DNA of 63,565 nt, the filler included, from Porpidia crustulata (lineage: Eukaryota), in the NCBI GenBank assembly GCA_964255105.1. It is 6 parts of 6 records of this genome, joined end to end, with 100 filler letters (N's around TTAATTAATTAA, not from the genome) between each part and the next. Parts side by side here need not be neighbours in the genome. Positions count along the whole stretch, not along the records: positions 1 to 10,530 come from CAXUWE010000761.1; positions 10,631 to 21,155 come from CAXUWE010000762.1; 4 more parts are not named here. One strand, written 5' to 3'. The notes under the pieces were generated by a model, which was given only the letters and a program-made list of their open reading frames with translations, ran no database searches and was not told where the DNA came from. This document shows positions 1 through 12,721 of the stretch, one piece after another. Positions within the stretch are counted from its first letter, which is position 1. Each line of letters begins with the position of its first letter. Made by a program: the position numbers and the translations under genes.

Positions 1-113
1 GTCGATTACGGTATTTATAATCACACCCACATGGTACGAAATCTGAAACCCTACTAATCCATATCCTATCCAAAGCCCGCGATTCCATCCCATCTATACA
101 CCTACCCCCGCCA

Positions 114-2138
114 TCAACAAGCCCCCGAAATCGCACACGCCTGTTTCTCCGCAAGCGCATCTACACCAAAAACCTCAACAATAGAAAGATCCCAAAAAAA
201 CCACCAATCTCCCGAGTCCCAGAAGAAAGGAAAAAAAAAACGGGGGGGAAGGGGTAATAAATACTGACAAACAACCGACTGCGGATGCCCCGGCGTCAAA
301 AATGGAAACGTCGACGCATCCACCACCCGCAACCGCTTCACCCCAAAGACCCTCGACTGCGAATCCACCACCGCTATCCCATCCTCCGCCCGCCCCATCG
401 CGCACGTGCACGCCGCGTGCCACACCGTCTCGAACGTCTTCTTCAGCACATCTTCAATCTCGGCGTCCGTCTGGACCTGCAATCCGGGGTAGGCCTCCTC
501 GCCGACGAGCAGGGGGGCCATGGCCTCGGACTGCCAGAATTCGCGCAGGCGTCTGAAGCCGGCGATGGCGACTTCGATGTCGGCGCGGTCGGTGAGGAAG
601 TTGGGGTTGATGATGGGGTGGATGGCGGAGTCGGCGGAGGCGAGGGTGACGTTGCCGCGCGAACGCGGGGTGATTAGTCCTGCGGCTAGGGACGCGTATT
701 GTGAACCGTTGTCCGGGTCGGCCTTGACTAGGTTCTCCTGTAGCCCTAGGTAGCCGGCGATGGACAGGAACTCGAGTTCCGGCCAGTCGGCGGGGTAGGT
801 GGCCAGCGCGGCGAGGGTGGCGTTGGACATACCCGCGCGTAACCGCGCGGGGACTTTCTCCCACCCAATCACGTCCGTGGTCGGGTCGGTGTACATACCG
901 CGTTGCTCCTCGTTGAACTGCCGCGCGGCTTCGGCCGCGAAGGCAACGTTGTTCAGCGATGAGTAGGTCGGCGCGTTGATGGGGTATGAAGCGCCGAAGA
1001 AGATGTGGTCCTCCATGTTGCGGCCCACGCCGGGTCGGTCGGCGATGACGGGGATGTTGAGTTCTTGGAGAGCAGCGGCGGGACCAATGCCAGACACCAT
1101 CAACAGCTGCGGTGACCCGAAGGTGCCGCCACTCAGGATGACCTCTCGGTTTGCGGAGAGCGTGAATGGTGTGCCCAGAGTGTCTACTTCAACTCCTATG
1201 GCATTTTTGTCAGAATCAAAGATAATTCTTTTAGCCATCGCGGAAGTGTACACCATGTAATTCGGGTGCGCCAGCCCTCTCTGGAGAAAAGATGTTTCGG
1301 AGGATTCTCTCGTCATCGTTGTGGCGTTAAGTGTGAACATGGTGTAGGATTGACCCAGCAAACTCCCACTTTGAAAGCCTGGTATTACTGGGACACCAAT
1401 CGCCTCGAGACCCTTGACGACCCAAGTGGCGAATGCTTGGACATAGTTGGGATATGTCACTGAGAGAGGTCCGTCGCCAGATCCCATGACAGAAACATCA
1501 TATTCGGGTGTACTGTTTGCGGATCGCTTGTCCATTTGTGGAGGTGAGAAAGCCATACTCTTTTCAAAATAAGGAAGGAATCGATCGAAACAGTAGCTCT
1601 GGTCTCCGACTTGATCTGCCCACTTCTGAAGAGAGGCTTTGGTGGGCCGATGGTAAACCAGAAAATGTCTTGCTGAGCTTCCACCCAAACACTTTCCACG
1701 GGGATAGTGCATCTCGGTGTCGTATGCGCCCTGGGAGATAATAGATCAGTACTGTTCGGCCTCAACCCAAGTAGCCTCGTCTGAACTCACAGCCTGAGGA
1801 GCCGTGATGTAGCCCCAGTCTATCATGGGTTGCCAATCGTTCTTCGCCTTCCCAGCATAGTAGTTATCGGTGGCCGGAACCTGACTAAGGTTTCCATTGC
1901 CGATTTCGTAGAAGCCGCCTGCCTCAATAACGGCCACGCTACCTGTCTGCTGCTCTGCAAGTCTGGTCGCCAGCGTCAGTCCAGCGGTGCCGCCACCTAT
2001 GATCACATAATCATAGGTTGCATTTTTCCCTGGTATTCCAAAGGAGGAGCCCAGGAGCTTTCGTACGTGCAGATGCTGGAGCTTTGGAGCTGCAAAGACG
2101 TACGTGGCGAGGGACGCGATCAAAATTGCCGTCTTCAT
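114..2138 (-). CDS. Secreted GMC (glucose-methanol-choline) oxidoreductase; 3 exons, introns 1731-1790 and 161-268
   Basis: Signal peptide MKTAILIASLATYVFA; FAD-binding YDYVIIGGGTAG; RGKCLGGSS; GTFGSPQLLMVSGIGP; C-terminal WHAACTCAMG and LRVVDAS..P..GHPQ. GT-AG introns restore YALAEKQA. Confidence 0.95.
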
Positions 2139-2809
2139 GGCTTGAAATTGAGAGTCGTTGCTGAGGTACGGGATAAGGCAAGTAAGTTCGGTACGAGGAC
2201 TCGCAGGGAGAGCTCAATATAATATAGAAGAGGCTTTGAGGACTTGCAGCTTCTGCTCTTAAATTGAAGGTACGGTTTGCTTGATTCGGGCTATCGATGA
2301 GCTTCATGGGCCTTGCCGCCATGTTGTAAATCCTCTTGAGATTTACGACGACCTTGCTCATCCCGTCTTCACCACTTGCCGTCATCCTTGCCGACAGCGA
2401 TCATATCATTACGTAGTTTCGAATGAGCGAAGAAGGCAGTCCGAGTTGGGGGCCCAATTTTGAAATTCAATAATGGTCCAGGCTCGTGTATATTGAGTCG
2501 GAGTCAGCTTCTGGAGTTCCGGAGAGAAGATTTTGCTTGGTTGAAGAACTTAATTGATCCTGCCGAACGCCAAGCCACGTGCAGTCTAGCTTCTGATAAA
2601 CACCTTATCTAGGGTACCATCCGCTCCATCTTACCTTATCTATCGAATGTGACTAAGCGAGCCACACAAATGTCTTATCCACGTCATCCCACGTTCCATC
2701 CCGTCGTTTATTGCCCGAGCCTCCCCAAGTTTCATTAGTGCGCGGTATGTGTGCCACATCACTATGTTCGTCACAATTGAGGTTCAAGCGAGTCTTACTG
2801 GGAAAAATG

Positions 2810-5229
2810 CTATGGTTCCTGCACAAGACCCCACATGTCCAGCATACTGTCACCAGTGTCCCAAACCGGTTTGAGCCCGCTGAAAGAGTCTGGTATGGGC
2901 GATAGAGCTGCACCGTCGTACCCCGGCTCAGTCTGCAACCCCATCATCATCATCATTGTTGTGGACTCATTCCCACCACCACTGCTGCCACTGTCCTCGA
3001 ATTGAGCGAAGGCGCTCGGCGCACCCTCCAACTGCCACCCGCTCTGCAGGTCCGGCGAAGTAACGAATGACTGTATCGAATCGCACGGGTTCTTCACCGG
3101 CGACTCGGGCGAAGACTTAGTCAGCGGCAGCTGTGCGTCCTCGCCGGCGGCGCCCGTGCTGAAGCGACTGACGAGCACATCAGCCTTGGCCGCGACAGCC
3201 CTAACAATAGCGGCGGCGCTAACGGCGACGGCAAAATTGTCACTAAAGACGTCAAAGACGGCAATGGCGACGGTGATGGCCCTGCGAGCTGCAGGCGTGC
3301 ATGGGTGCACGGGGCACGCGAGCACGAAGCCGAGGATCGAGAGTGCGGCGTTCCACTGCCAGCGGAAGGCCTCGTGCCAGCCACCGAGAACGTCGGTCTC
3401 GGCGAGCACCTGACGCGTTATATGCGTGAGCGCCATGGCGTGGTTGAGGCAGGAGACGGAGTTGGCTTCCGCTAGCGGTCGTGATTGTGAGCTGAAGGGC
3501 CGCGAGTAGCTGATAAATGGCTGGTAGAGACTCATCGCGAACGTATGGTAGCGAAGCTCAAGCAGGAGGCGTTGACGCTGGAGCCACAGAGGCGTGAAGG
3601 GCTCTAGGTCAAGTGCTGATCTATCCGTGCTCAGTGGCGTCCCGTTGCCCTTTCGTGGCATTTTGAGCGCGTGGGGTAGCTCGTCCAGCCAGCTCTGCAG
3701 GGAGCTCATACTCGATTGGAGGAACCCGGCACAAGTTTCTAAAGAATCAGGATTATGGTAGAGACTTTTCCCGCCATTCGTTTCGAGCACTTCAGCACAC
3801 TTCGCGTAGAACGCGGAATAGATAGCACGGGTGGTGAGTATGAGCTTGATACTCTGCAGAATACAAGTTAGACACGTAGCACTGCCGCCCGCACCCGTGG
3901 ACACAGAATGAGCACCTGAGCGCATTGACAGCTCTTGATCATCTGCTGGGAGTGTATGTGTCACGCGAGGTATCTGAATAATCGATGGCCTTCCGAGCTC
4001 CATACCCTCCTGGCTTTCCAGGGAATACAATGTCCACCAAAGCCGTTTTCGCAACTCCCGTTGGACTCTCGGCATATCTTCCGGGGGCTCCAGATGTAGA
4101 CCTAGTGTTTGAGCGGTGCGTATTGCCAGAGCCAAGATACTGTGTGCCGTGTTCTGGAACGATGCGTTGCAGAGGTAGATGACAGAGAATATATAACATT
4201 GTAGGGTTGTTATCGAAGGACTTTCCAACTCTTCCGCCAGTAGGGATTGGCATCTCTGGTAGTACCAGCGGCCCGCAATCGTTGCATCATTTCCGTTTAT
4301 GTCTGCTTTTGGGTCTGTAGTCACGTTGAGGCGCGGCAAAAAGGTAACTCCGTACTGCATGCACATGGCAAGGACAATGTCTACAAGGGCTGAAGCACTG
4401 CGAGGAGCGCCAGGCGTTGTCCACAAAGACTTGTAGTGCTCCCTGAACTCGGCCTCATCGATAATGTGATATATGCAGTGGTAAGACTGCCAGAACAGAC
4501 CTAAGAAATAGTCCTCCTGAATCTCAGTCAGATGTTCGCCGCCCATAGGCGTTGCAACTCGTGGCACAAGGTTGTCTTGGGAATTGATTCTTCTGGGCGA
4601 TGCCGGACTAGAATATGATTTGCGTGCCGAGTTGAGCTGCATTTGATGTTCGTGATGCGGTTCTTGGAGCGCCATGGCTAGGTACGAAGTCATCCGACTA
4701 ATGAAATAGAGCAAAGATGACGGGCCATAGAATTGGTCCTGGCCTGACTGGGTAACTCTCGTGTGGATTCCTTCCCAATTCATCTTGTGGACCCCAAGCT
4801 CTCCCAGTGGATCGAGATGTGTGGTCGGGCGGGCCGCAGCAGCAGACAATTCCAGAGAATCTGGGAGTGAAGATACTCCTCCACTCTGGATCAAACGATT
4901 TTGGTCGCTTAGCTGTTCCTTTAGACCTCGGACTTTGAACCTGAGGCTCTCGATCTCTCTGAAGGTAGAGCAAATGTTGATCAGTCCCAGTCCCCGTACG
5001 ACGACAGCGGCGATATTGTTAAGAAGAGATCATGTACAAACCTGATGGCGTGGGGCAAAGTCCGTACTTCGCTCCTGCTGCTGTTATCCTTGTTGCTACA
5101 AAGTCCACCTCTGATCTTGCAATTGTCGCATGGATGGTTACTGTCACACTTGATGCGATGGGCTCGGCACCAATCGCAGGCTTTGGCCACTTGATTGCGC
5201 TTCGGTCGCGACAGGATAGCTGACGTCAT
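2810..5229 (-). CDS. Zn(II)2Cys6 transcription factor with fungal-specific middle homology region; intron 4959-5041
   Basis: ACDWCRAHRIKCDSNHPCDNCKIRGGLC binuclear cluster; AIRTAQTLGLH..RELRKRLWWTLY Fungal_trans motif. Confidence 0.95.
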
Positions 5230-8200
5230 CGTCGTTGTTACTATTGATGTGGTTTAGGGAGCGGCGTAAGTAGGGTGGATTGGAGTTTCGCGCCGGCGCG
5301 TTTCTCGCCTTCACTAGCAGCAGCGCTCTAATTGCCTTAGCAGGTTCAGACTCGGACTGAGGATAGACATGAACATTCGAAGATTGCTAGCGCCAGAAGC
5401 GCGAGTTTTAGCATGAAATTGTGTATAAAGTGGGTTCGAGGCCGCTATAGACAAATGATGGTCAAGGCTCGAGAGTCTTGATTCTTTCTCCGGCGATCCT
5501 ATTGTGTATGCAATTTTGAGCACATTAGGGTTATCGACTTGAGCTGCATGACTTCAGCATGGGCTCGTATATAAGTGCTGTAGATGGCTTTCATTTTCGT
5601 GATCGGGCAGACCTGTATGTGGTATGTGTACCCGCTAAGGCACCGCTCATACGTTCGACCAACTGGCGGCTTCGCCCGCATCACCCGCATGGAGGAAATC
5701 CATCATCACGGATCAGAGACAAAGCTGAAGATTCCATCAACAACAGGATAACAAAAGTCATTGCCTCGGATAGGGAAGTCTCGCTTGTTTGGGGCCGCTC
5801 GTAGTGATCTACGCATGCCAAAGTTAGCGGCGGGTGTGAGTCCAGCGAACGATTGGCGAAGAAACAATGCTTACCTGACTCTTCGGAATTGATCGCAATA
5901 GTAAGACATTTGAACAAGCGTTTGAGTAGCTGTCAACCCGCTTTCCAGTGTGCAAAGATCTAGAACAATGGACACAGCAAAGGCGGTCGCAAGGGCTGTG
6001 TGTAAGCGCTAGGTTACCCCGTATTTGGCGAATGGTACTAGCATTACCCTTTCGTCTCCCTATGAGAGCGTCATTAGGATTGTCGAATGTTACCCCAAGC
6101 TTAAGTTGCTTGGTATCTACTCGGATAAGATCATGTTGCAAGGGTCGACGATCTGAGCATCGGGCTACCTGTACAAGTATAGTGCCCAAACATCCGGAAG
6201 GTCCTCCGATAGCCAGACAGAGGGACAGCCATCGTGTACCGTCAGATGGCGAATATAGGAGCTAGCTAGGTAGCTAATCTGCTAATTAGTCTCTATGCCA
6301 TCAGCTACCAATAGCTGCCTTACAGTGTGCGCACATGGAATCCAGCAACTGTTTGACTGTCACTAATCCCTTGGCTTTTCAGCCTGAAAAATATCCTTTT
6401 CGAGTGATTTGTAATTGATCAGGTCCTTGGTGATATTTTCTGTATCTGATTGTCTACTCTGAGGCATACTCTGGTGCAGTGATGACAAGAATGTTGAGCT
6501 TGGAGCTAGCTTACTTGACGATGGGACAGCAAGGAGGTTGAAAGAGGAGAGTGCTCTGCCCTACACAGCTAAAACTCGGATAAAGCATAAGCGGAATGAT
6601 ACTAAAAGCGTTTCCGTCTCCATGCTGGTGGCGCGTTCTGGTGTACATGGTTCCATACCTACCCGTATCAGCTACCGCAGCTTAAAAGTCATCTAGTGCA
6701 CGTCATACCGTCGTACGCCATCTTAAGTGCTTTAGAGATTGAAAGGCATCAAATATTCATAGTGGCTCACATCAGCGGCATAATTGAAGCTACTGATCGT
6801 GTATGTTGCGATGCTCTGATGTAGACATCAGCTTGTCAGAGCTCAAAGAGAGTGGGAGCTCAGGCCATGCTTGATCATCGTAGAGGCCCCTCGCACGGTC
6901 GGTTAACGGCATCTTTCCGCGCTGTTGCACTAAGGCTGCAGTCAGATTGCGCACGTTACCCCGGACCGAGTGCAAGTCTTCTTTTTCTTCTTTTTCTTCT
7001 TTTTCTTTTTGTTGAAAAGATCTGGGCTCTACCCGATAGCTAATCAATTTACCCCGTGCGTTGCACACGGTTCGTGAGTTAATAGTCATCCCTGGCATGC
7101 ATGACTTCGACATACTCCTGCTTCATCAATTGGGTAAATTCTGCCCCCTGATGCAGGTCCCCTCTGCAAACACAGACAGGGCGCAAAGCACTTCCAAATC
7201 CAGATTCCCGAGACATCACTTACGGGTCCGAAAAACGTGATTCGAAACAGTCCGATCTGCTGTTAAGATCACGGCCGCTGCGTCGGTAGTGGCGACCAAA
7301 GTAATCTTATTTTCTTCGATGCTTGTATCCATGACGGATTGCAATGCATCGATGACTTCCTGGCCGGCGAAGAGTCCTCCCACGATTGAATATTGGGCTT
7401 TACTTAGGTGCCGGAAACTTCCGCCAAAGATATTTCGTGGCTTTGACGGAGACGGCGGTGATCATAGTAGTCACCACTTCTCGGAAGAAATCGAGTGTGG
7501 GATTCGGTGGTATGACTACTCCTGCGTGCTTATAGCTGGCCGTCTGTTTGTAGTATATCCAAGACTCTAGACAGTAACATGCTACATGACAAGGGCTTAG
7601 GAGAGACCCTTTTGCGACCTGGAGTGCTTGCAGCACCGTTTTTGAGGTCACAAAGTAGATAGTGATCCTGAGAGACCCCCGTAACGCATGGGCAGGAAGA
7701 CGGCTAACGGGTTCTGTCTCCACTTAGTGATGCGGACACTATCCTTCCGTCCATGCCTGTAGTAAATGCTTACTTGTGATCGCCTATCTATATGATATTG
7801 TCAACGAGAAGAAGTCTAAGTTTACAACCAAGAAGAATTACTTAACCGAATGTACCATAACCGTCAAATACCCTAGTCATGGATATTCACAATATGCAGA
7901 GAAATTAATAGACATGCACCTCGATTTTCCTTAAACCCTCGTCAAAATTAGATCAACAAAAACTATCTTCGCCATGTCCCGCGGTATGCATCTTCATGTG
8001 GAGCTCTGCAGAGCGTTCACTGCCATGAGTAAGATCTGCTGTCCACCGGAGAGACGCTCCGGGAGCTGATGGAGGGCTCGTCAGGAGTTGCCAATTAGAC
8101 TGAGATTAGAAAGAGGTTCGTATCATATTTTACATGTGTCAAGAAGCCAGTACCTTAGCCAAGTACTCGCGCATTAGGTCAGTCACTGTACATGATGCTA

Positions 8201-8306
8201 ACCTAAAAAAAGTTTATTTGATCAGTGGCATGTCCCGTCGACCTACTCGTCCACCACCCCTTGGACAACGATCAATTCATCTACCGATAGCAGGATCTAA
8301 AGCACA

Positions 8307-9571
8307 CTATTTCTTGAGTGGCGGCGTCTCCACCACCATGTCCCCCATCAACGCCTCCGGCATCCTCGTCCCGTGCATCTCGGCGCCTTCAATCGCCTTC
8401 CTGATCTCTTGATCCTCCGCCTCTGACAATACCACTTTCAGCGCCCCCATATTTTCTTCCAGATATTTGATCTTCTTCGTGCCCGGTATCGCGAAAATAT
8501 CCTCACCCTGGTTGATCAGCCACGCGAGGGTCAGTTGGCCGGATGTGCAGCCCTTCCTCTCGCCAATTTCCTTCAACTTTTCCACCAGCTGTAAGTTCTT
8601 GGGAAAGTTTTCGTCCGAGAAGCGGGGGGCCAAGAGCCGGAAGTCTCCCTCGGGGAAGTCCGCTCGGGACTTGTACTGGCCCGTCAGCATGCCCCGACCG
8701 AGCGGCGAGTAGGCCACGGTAGCAATACCGAGCTCGCGGCACGTTTTCAGGAGCCCTGGCTCAGCCTTCTCGATGTCCATCGAAAAAGGGCTGAACTCGA
8801 TCTGGTAGGCGGCTATGGGGTGGATGGCAGCCGCGCGGCGAAGGGTGTCAGGGCCGCATTCGCTGAGCCCGATATGCTTGACTATGCCAGCGCTGTAGAA
8901 GGAGAGCGAGCAGGTCAGGAAAGAGTGCTCAAGGCGTGCGAGGCATGTAGGGCTTACTCGACGAATTCTTTCATGGTGGAGACGATGTTTTCGACTGGGA
9001 CCTTGCCATTGAAGCGGTGGCTAGAAGGCTCGATGTCAGCATCATAGTGATCCCTCGAGTCGCTGCGTGGACGACGAACCAGTACAGAAGATCAATGTAG
9101 TCGGTCTTAAGTTTCTTTAAGCTTTCTGCAACCGCACCACGGATGTAGTCTGAGTCGTTATTAATCTCGCGACCGCCGTCGGGCCTGATCTTATTGCCAA
9201 ATTTCGTGGCCAGAAAGATCTATGCTCCTATCAATAAACGTCGCAAATTCCGCAGTGGGCTGTCATTCAGTACATCTTTCCGCTTGCCTGTGCGCTCAAA
9301 CCACTTTCCCAGTAGTTCCTCACTATCTCCGTAAAGCTGCGCCGAGTCCCAGTATGTACAACCGAGCTGGTGAACGCGATCAAGCACTTCGAACCGCTCC
9401 TCGTCGGATGTTTTCACGCCATAGTATGCTTGGTAAGGACGTGAGCCCAGTATTCGGCTATCGTTCAGGTTCAAGACTCGTCTTACTGCTAAGGCCCATC
9501 GTGCCAAATCCAAGGGCTGGTATTTGTGGCCCGTCCTTGCCCAAAGCTCGAGTAGGTAATTTGGTATCCAT
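8307..9571 (-). CDS. Aldo-keto reductase, YakC/AKR13-like, multi-exon
   Basis: MDTKLPTRALGKDGPQIPALGFGTMGLS, YWDSAQLYGDSEELLGKW, IFLATKFG, HIGLSE, VAYSPLGRG, IPGTKKIKYLEEN spread over spliced exons. Confidence 0.93.
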
Positions 9572-10530
9572 TTCGGACAATTTTCCAGTGTTGACGGCTT
9601 GTGATCTCTATGTGAGATAGGGTGACTTGTGACACTAGTTGTCCAAAATTTGTAGGTAAACAAAGTAGCAGGAAGAGATTAGAGATTACTCTAAGAGTTC
9701 ATGATAAACATGTGGGAGAAATGCACAGTTTATATGGGCAACGACCAATGTTACACCAACATGAACGGTCCCTTACAATTGGCCCTCGTGCATCAAGTTC
9801 GGATTCAACACAAAGAATGATGTCAGTTTGACTGCAAGACATGGCTGATTGCAAGTTGCATAGTGTTCACGTCGTACCCACTTGAATTGATTGCAGAGAG
9901 TTGTTCGGAGTTTGTTCGCCTCATGCGCAATTTATCCGATTTATGCCAAGATCGTCATGTCTGACGAGCTTTACTCTCCCCAATACTGATTCGCCACACC
10001 GAAGGTCTCCACCGTCACGTCAAAGTGAACTGAATCTATGTGAGCGAGTCTTGCAGAAAATATGTATGGTCGATTCGTGTCCAAAGGTTGGGGAGCAGCG
10101 ACGGAGAAAAAGGAGGTCTATACGGAGTTCAGGAGAAGGCTGACTCTCCCTCTACCTCCGCTCCCCACGCAGACTCCGAGGTGGTACTACCTAGTATAGG
10201 CCATCCATTTGTTGAGCCGCTGATCATCCCTCTCAAGCGTTGTTCGTGAGCTTGCGCGCTAGGTCGGAGTGAGTACGACCTAACTCCTACTCATGACTCG
10301 CTACTATTATGATGATTGCCATTAATATGAACCACCTCTTCGATCACCATCGCCCGGAACAGCCTTAGTCTTATCCTCATCAGGGGTGATCTTGGTGGCG
10401 GGCTCTGACTGATAAGAGTCGTTAAGTCTTCATTATAAGGCCGATTATATCTGATCGATATCTTGAGGTACAAGCATACACACGTGGAGTTTCCCATCTG
10501 TACATTATCCTTTTCAGAACGGTGGAATCA

Positions 10531-10630
10531 NNNNNNNNNNNNNNNNNNNNNNNNNNNNNNNNNNNNNNNNNNNNTTAATTAATTAANNNNNNNNNNNNNN
10601 NNNNNNNNNNNNNNNNNNNNNNNNNNNNNN
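10531..10630. other. Artificial contig linker (N44-TTAATTAATTAA-N44)
   Basis: 100-nt N block with a six-frame-stop core, identical at five positions. Confidence 0.99.
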
Positions 10631-11264
10631 GGGATGGGATGGGCGAGAGGGATGGGAATGGGGGCTTTGCACCGGACTTTCGAGAAAAAGGCAGCAAACT
10701 GCTACCACCTGACCTAACCCCCCCCAACCCATCGTTCATTTCCCTCCTCCATCATATTATTTTAGACTTTGGTAAGCCGGGATTGCTGCGAGCCGTTTCT
10801 TGGTGATGTGGTTAGTTGTGGAATGGACATTGATCTCAAAATGTGACGGTGACTGGGTAGGTTGAAATGAGTTAATGGGGCTTTTGTCTTAGCTTCTACC
10901 TTCTTTTCTACGTTTATATTTCACTTGCTGTCGTTGAGGCATTAGGTGTTTAAAAAGAAAATTTTGGGACGAGGTAGTTGTTCTTTGGTTGATGTAGATA
11001 CGTGCGTGAATAGATTTGTAATTGACTAGGTTCAAGAATCCAGCTCCAAGCTAGCCCGCCAAGTTTTCGTTCCCTGGAATCACTCTATATTAGATAGTGC
11101 GAATGTCGAACGACCCAGAGGAATAAGCATCAGTCCTGGGGTACGGTAACCTTCAATATCTGGAATTGGTCCACCTATATATCAAGCCTGCTTGCTCCTT
11201 GTCTACAACTTATCCCAAGCATTAATATTGAAACTGGATCGTTGATGGTCGTGGGATTGAATAG

Positions 11265-11285
11265 ATATATATATATATATATATT
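11265..11285. repeat. (AT)n microsatellite
   Basis: About 10 AT units read directly. Confidence 0.9.
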
Positions 11286-12721
11286 TATAGTGTATCTATC
11301 TTAGAGACTCCAGCATTGCCGTCTTGGAAAATAGAGGTCCAGCCATCGCGGCGCTCGAAAGAGCCAGCGCACCGTTGTACCCAGTAGACAATTGATCGTT
11401 CATAGAAGTAGCCGTTTTCTAAAAGGAAAACTCCCTCTTGGGATAAAGAGGAAATGAGCGTGAACAGCAACTGCAGTGAGGAAACCGCCTTTCTGCTTGT
11501 TGGCTGAATTGGGTTCTGAAACAGCAATTCGATGTTGGAAAAACCAAATTTGGACATGACTCCAAGAGTCCCAGAAATTCTTGCACGGGAGGTGCGGTCG
11601 ACTTCCATTGCATGTAGTTTGTGAAAAAGCGCGAAGATCGACGCGAATAGCTCACTGGGCTGTACATAAGACAGAAGCTGAATGACCGTACTTCAGCGTG
11701 CGCAATCAACTCCGTAACCATATCCCAAACGAATCCAGTCAGATAGCCTAGGAACATCGATCATACTATTAAACACATACGGCCTCCCACCCTCCTTGAG
11801 GCCGTACTTGAAGCCTCGAAGTAACCTCAGCATCCTTCGTGGGTCGCCTGCCTAAGAAACAGTCCTATTGCTGAAATGTCATCACTTAGTCAATCGTCCT
11901 TACATACTGCCCAAAATAGTTTCATCTTAGCCCTGAGAGCCAAGTGACAATCGAGATTGCAGTATCCTTGAGAATTTTGCCATTCGAGGAAGGCCTCTTG
12001 GCTCGCGTTGAGATTCTAGACTTTAGCGCAACCTATTCGTCCCATCTCCCTGACAACTTCGGCCGCGCGGTGCCATTCACTACACCATGTGTTTCTAGCA
12101 TTCACTCATCTCGCTCTTTATCCACCCTTGCTAGACTCTACACTCGAGATATTCGGGATTCGGCGTTGCTGGAAGTGATGATAAGGGATCGAAGGAAAGG
12201 GTTTGACGATGATGAAACTCGCCGCAGAAAAGCCCATCCGTGCGGCTTCTTATTTCTAAAGATGTATGGGTCGACGGCTGGTCTATGAAGATCCATTGCA
12301 AGATTTCCCAAAGGCTACTTCTCTCGTCCCAGTGCCTTTTGTGCTTGATGCTTGGGCTTGATGACAGGATATCAATTTGTCGGTGACTAAATAAAGACCA
12401 TGTGGGGAAAATATCATGTCAACAACGAGTATAGGTGAACAAATAAGACCGCAAGGCAGAGGCAAGCAAAGACCGAACTGCATGCGGTGAGAGGAAACAT
12501 TGTTAGCCTGTAACAAACGAGTGGAAGAGCTGGAGGCTGGACGCACGGAACTCATGCTTATGTGACCACGGCGGTATGACTTTGATAGAGATGTAGAGTG
12601 AAATATGTATGGTCGCTGGATTGAGTAGAGGTGAGGAGGTGTTTATACTTCGTTGGCAATTAATTATCCTATCATTCCCATATCTTGACCTGAAGCTTCT
12701 TTTTCACCACTCACGCCTCAA

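Noticed and set aside
6790..7723. Protein-like minus-strand fragments (..IVGGLFAGQEVIDALQ..)
   Set aside because: Frames do not join into a coherent gene and no family is recognisable; could be a relic, which BLASTX would decide.
11285..12555. Short minus-strand ORFs downstream of the CDF gene
   Set aside because: Multiple stops and no recognisable motif; at most an unverifiable pseudogene.
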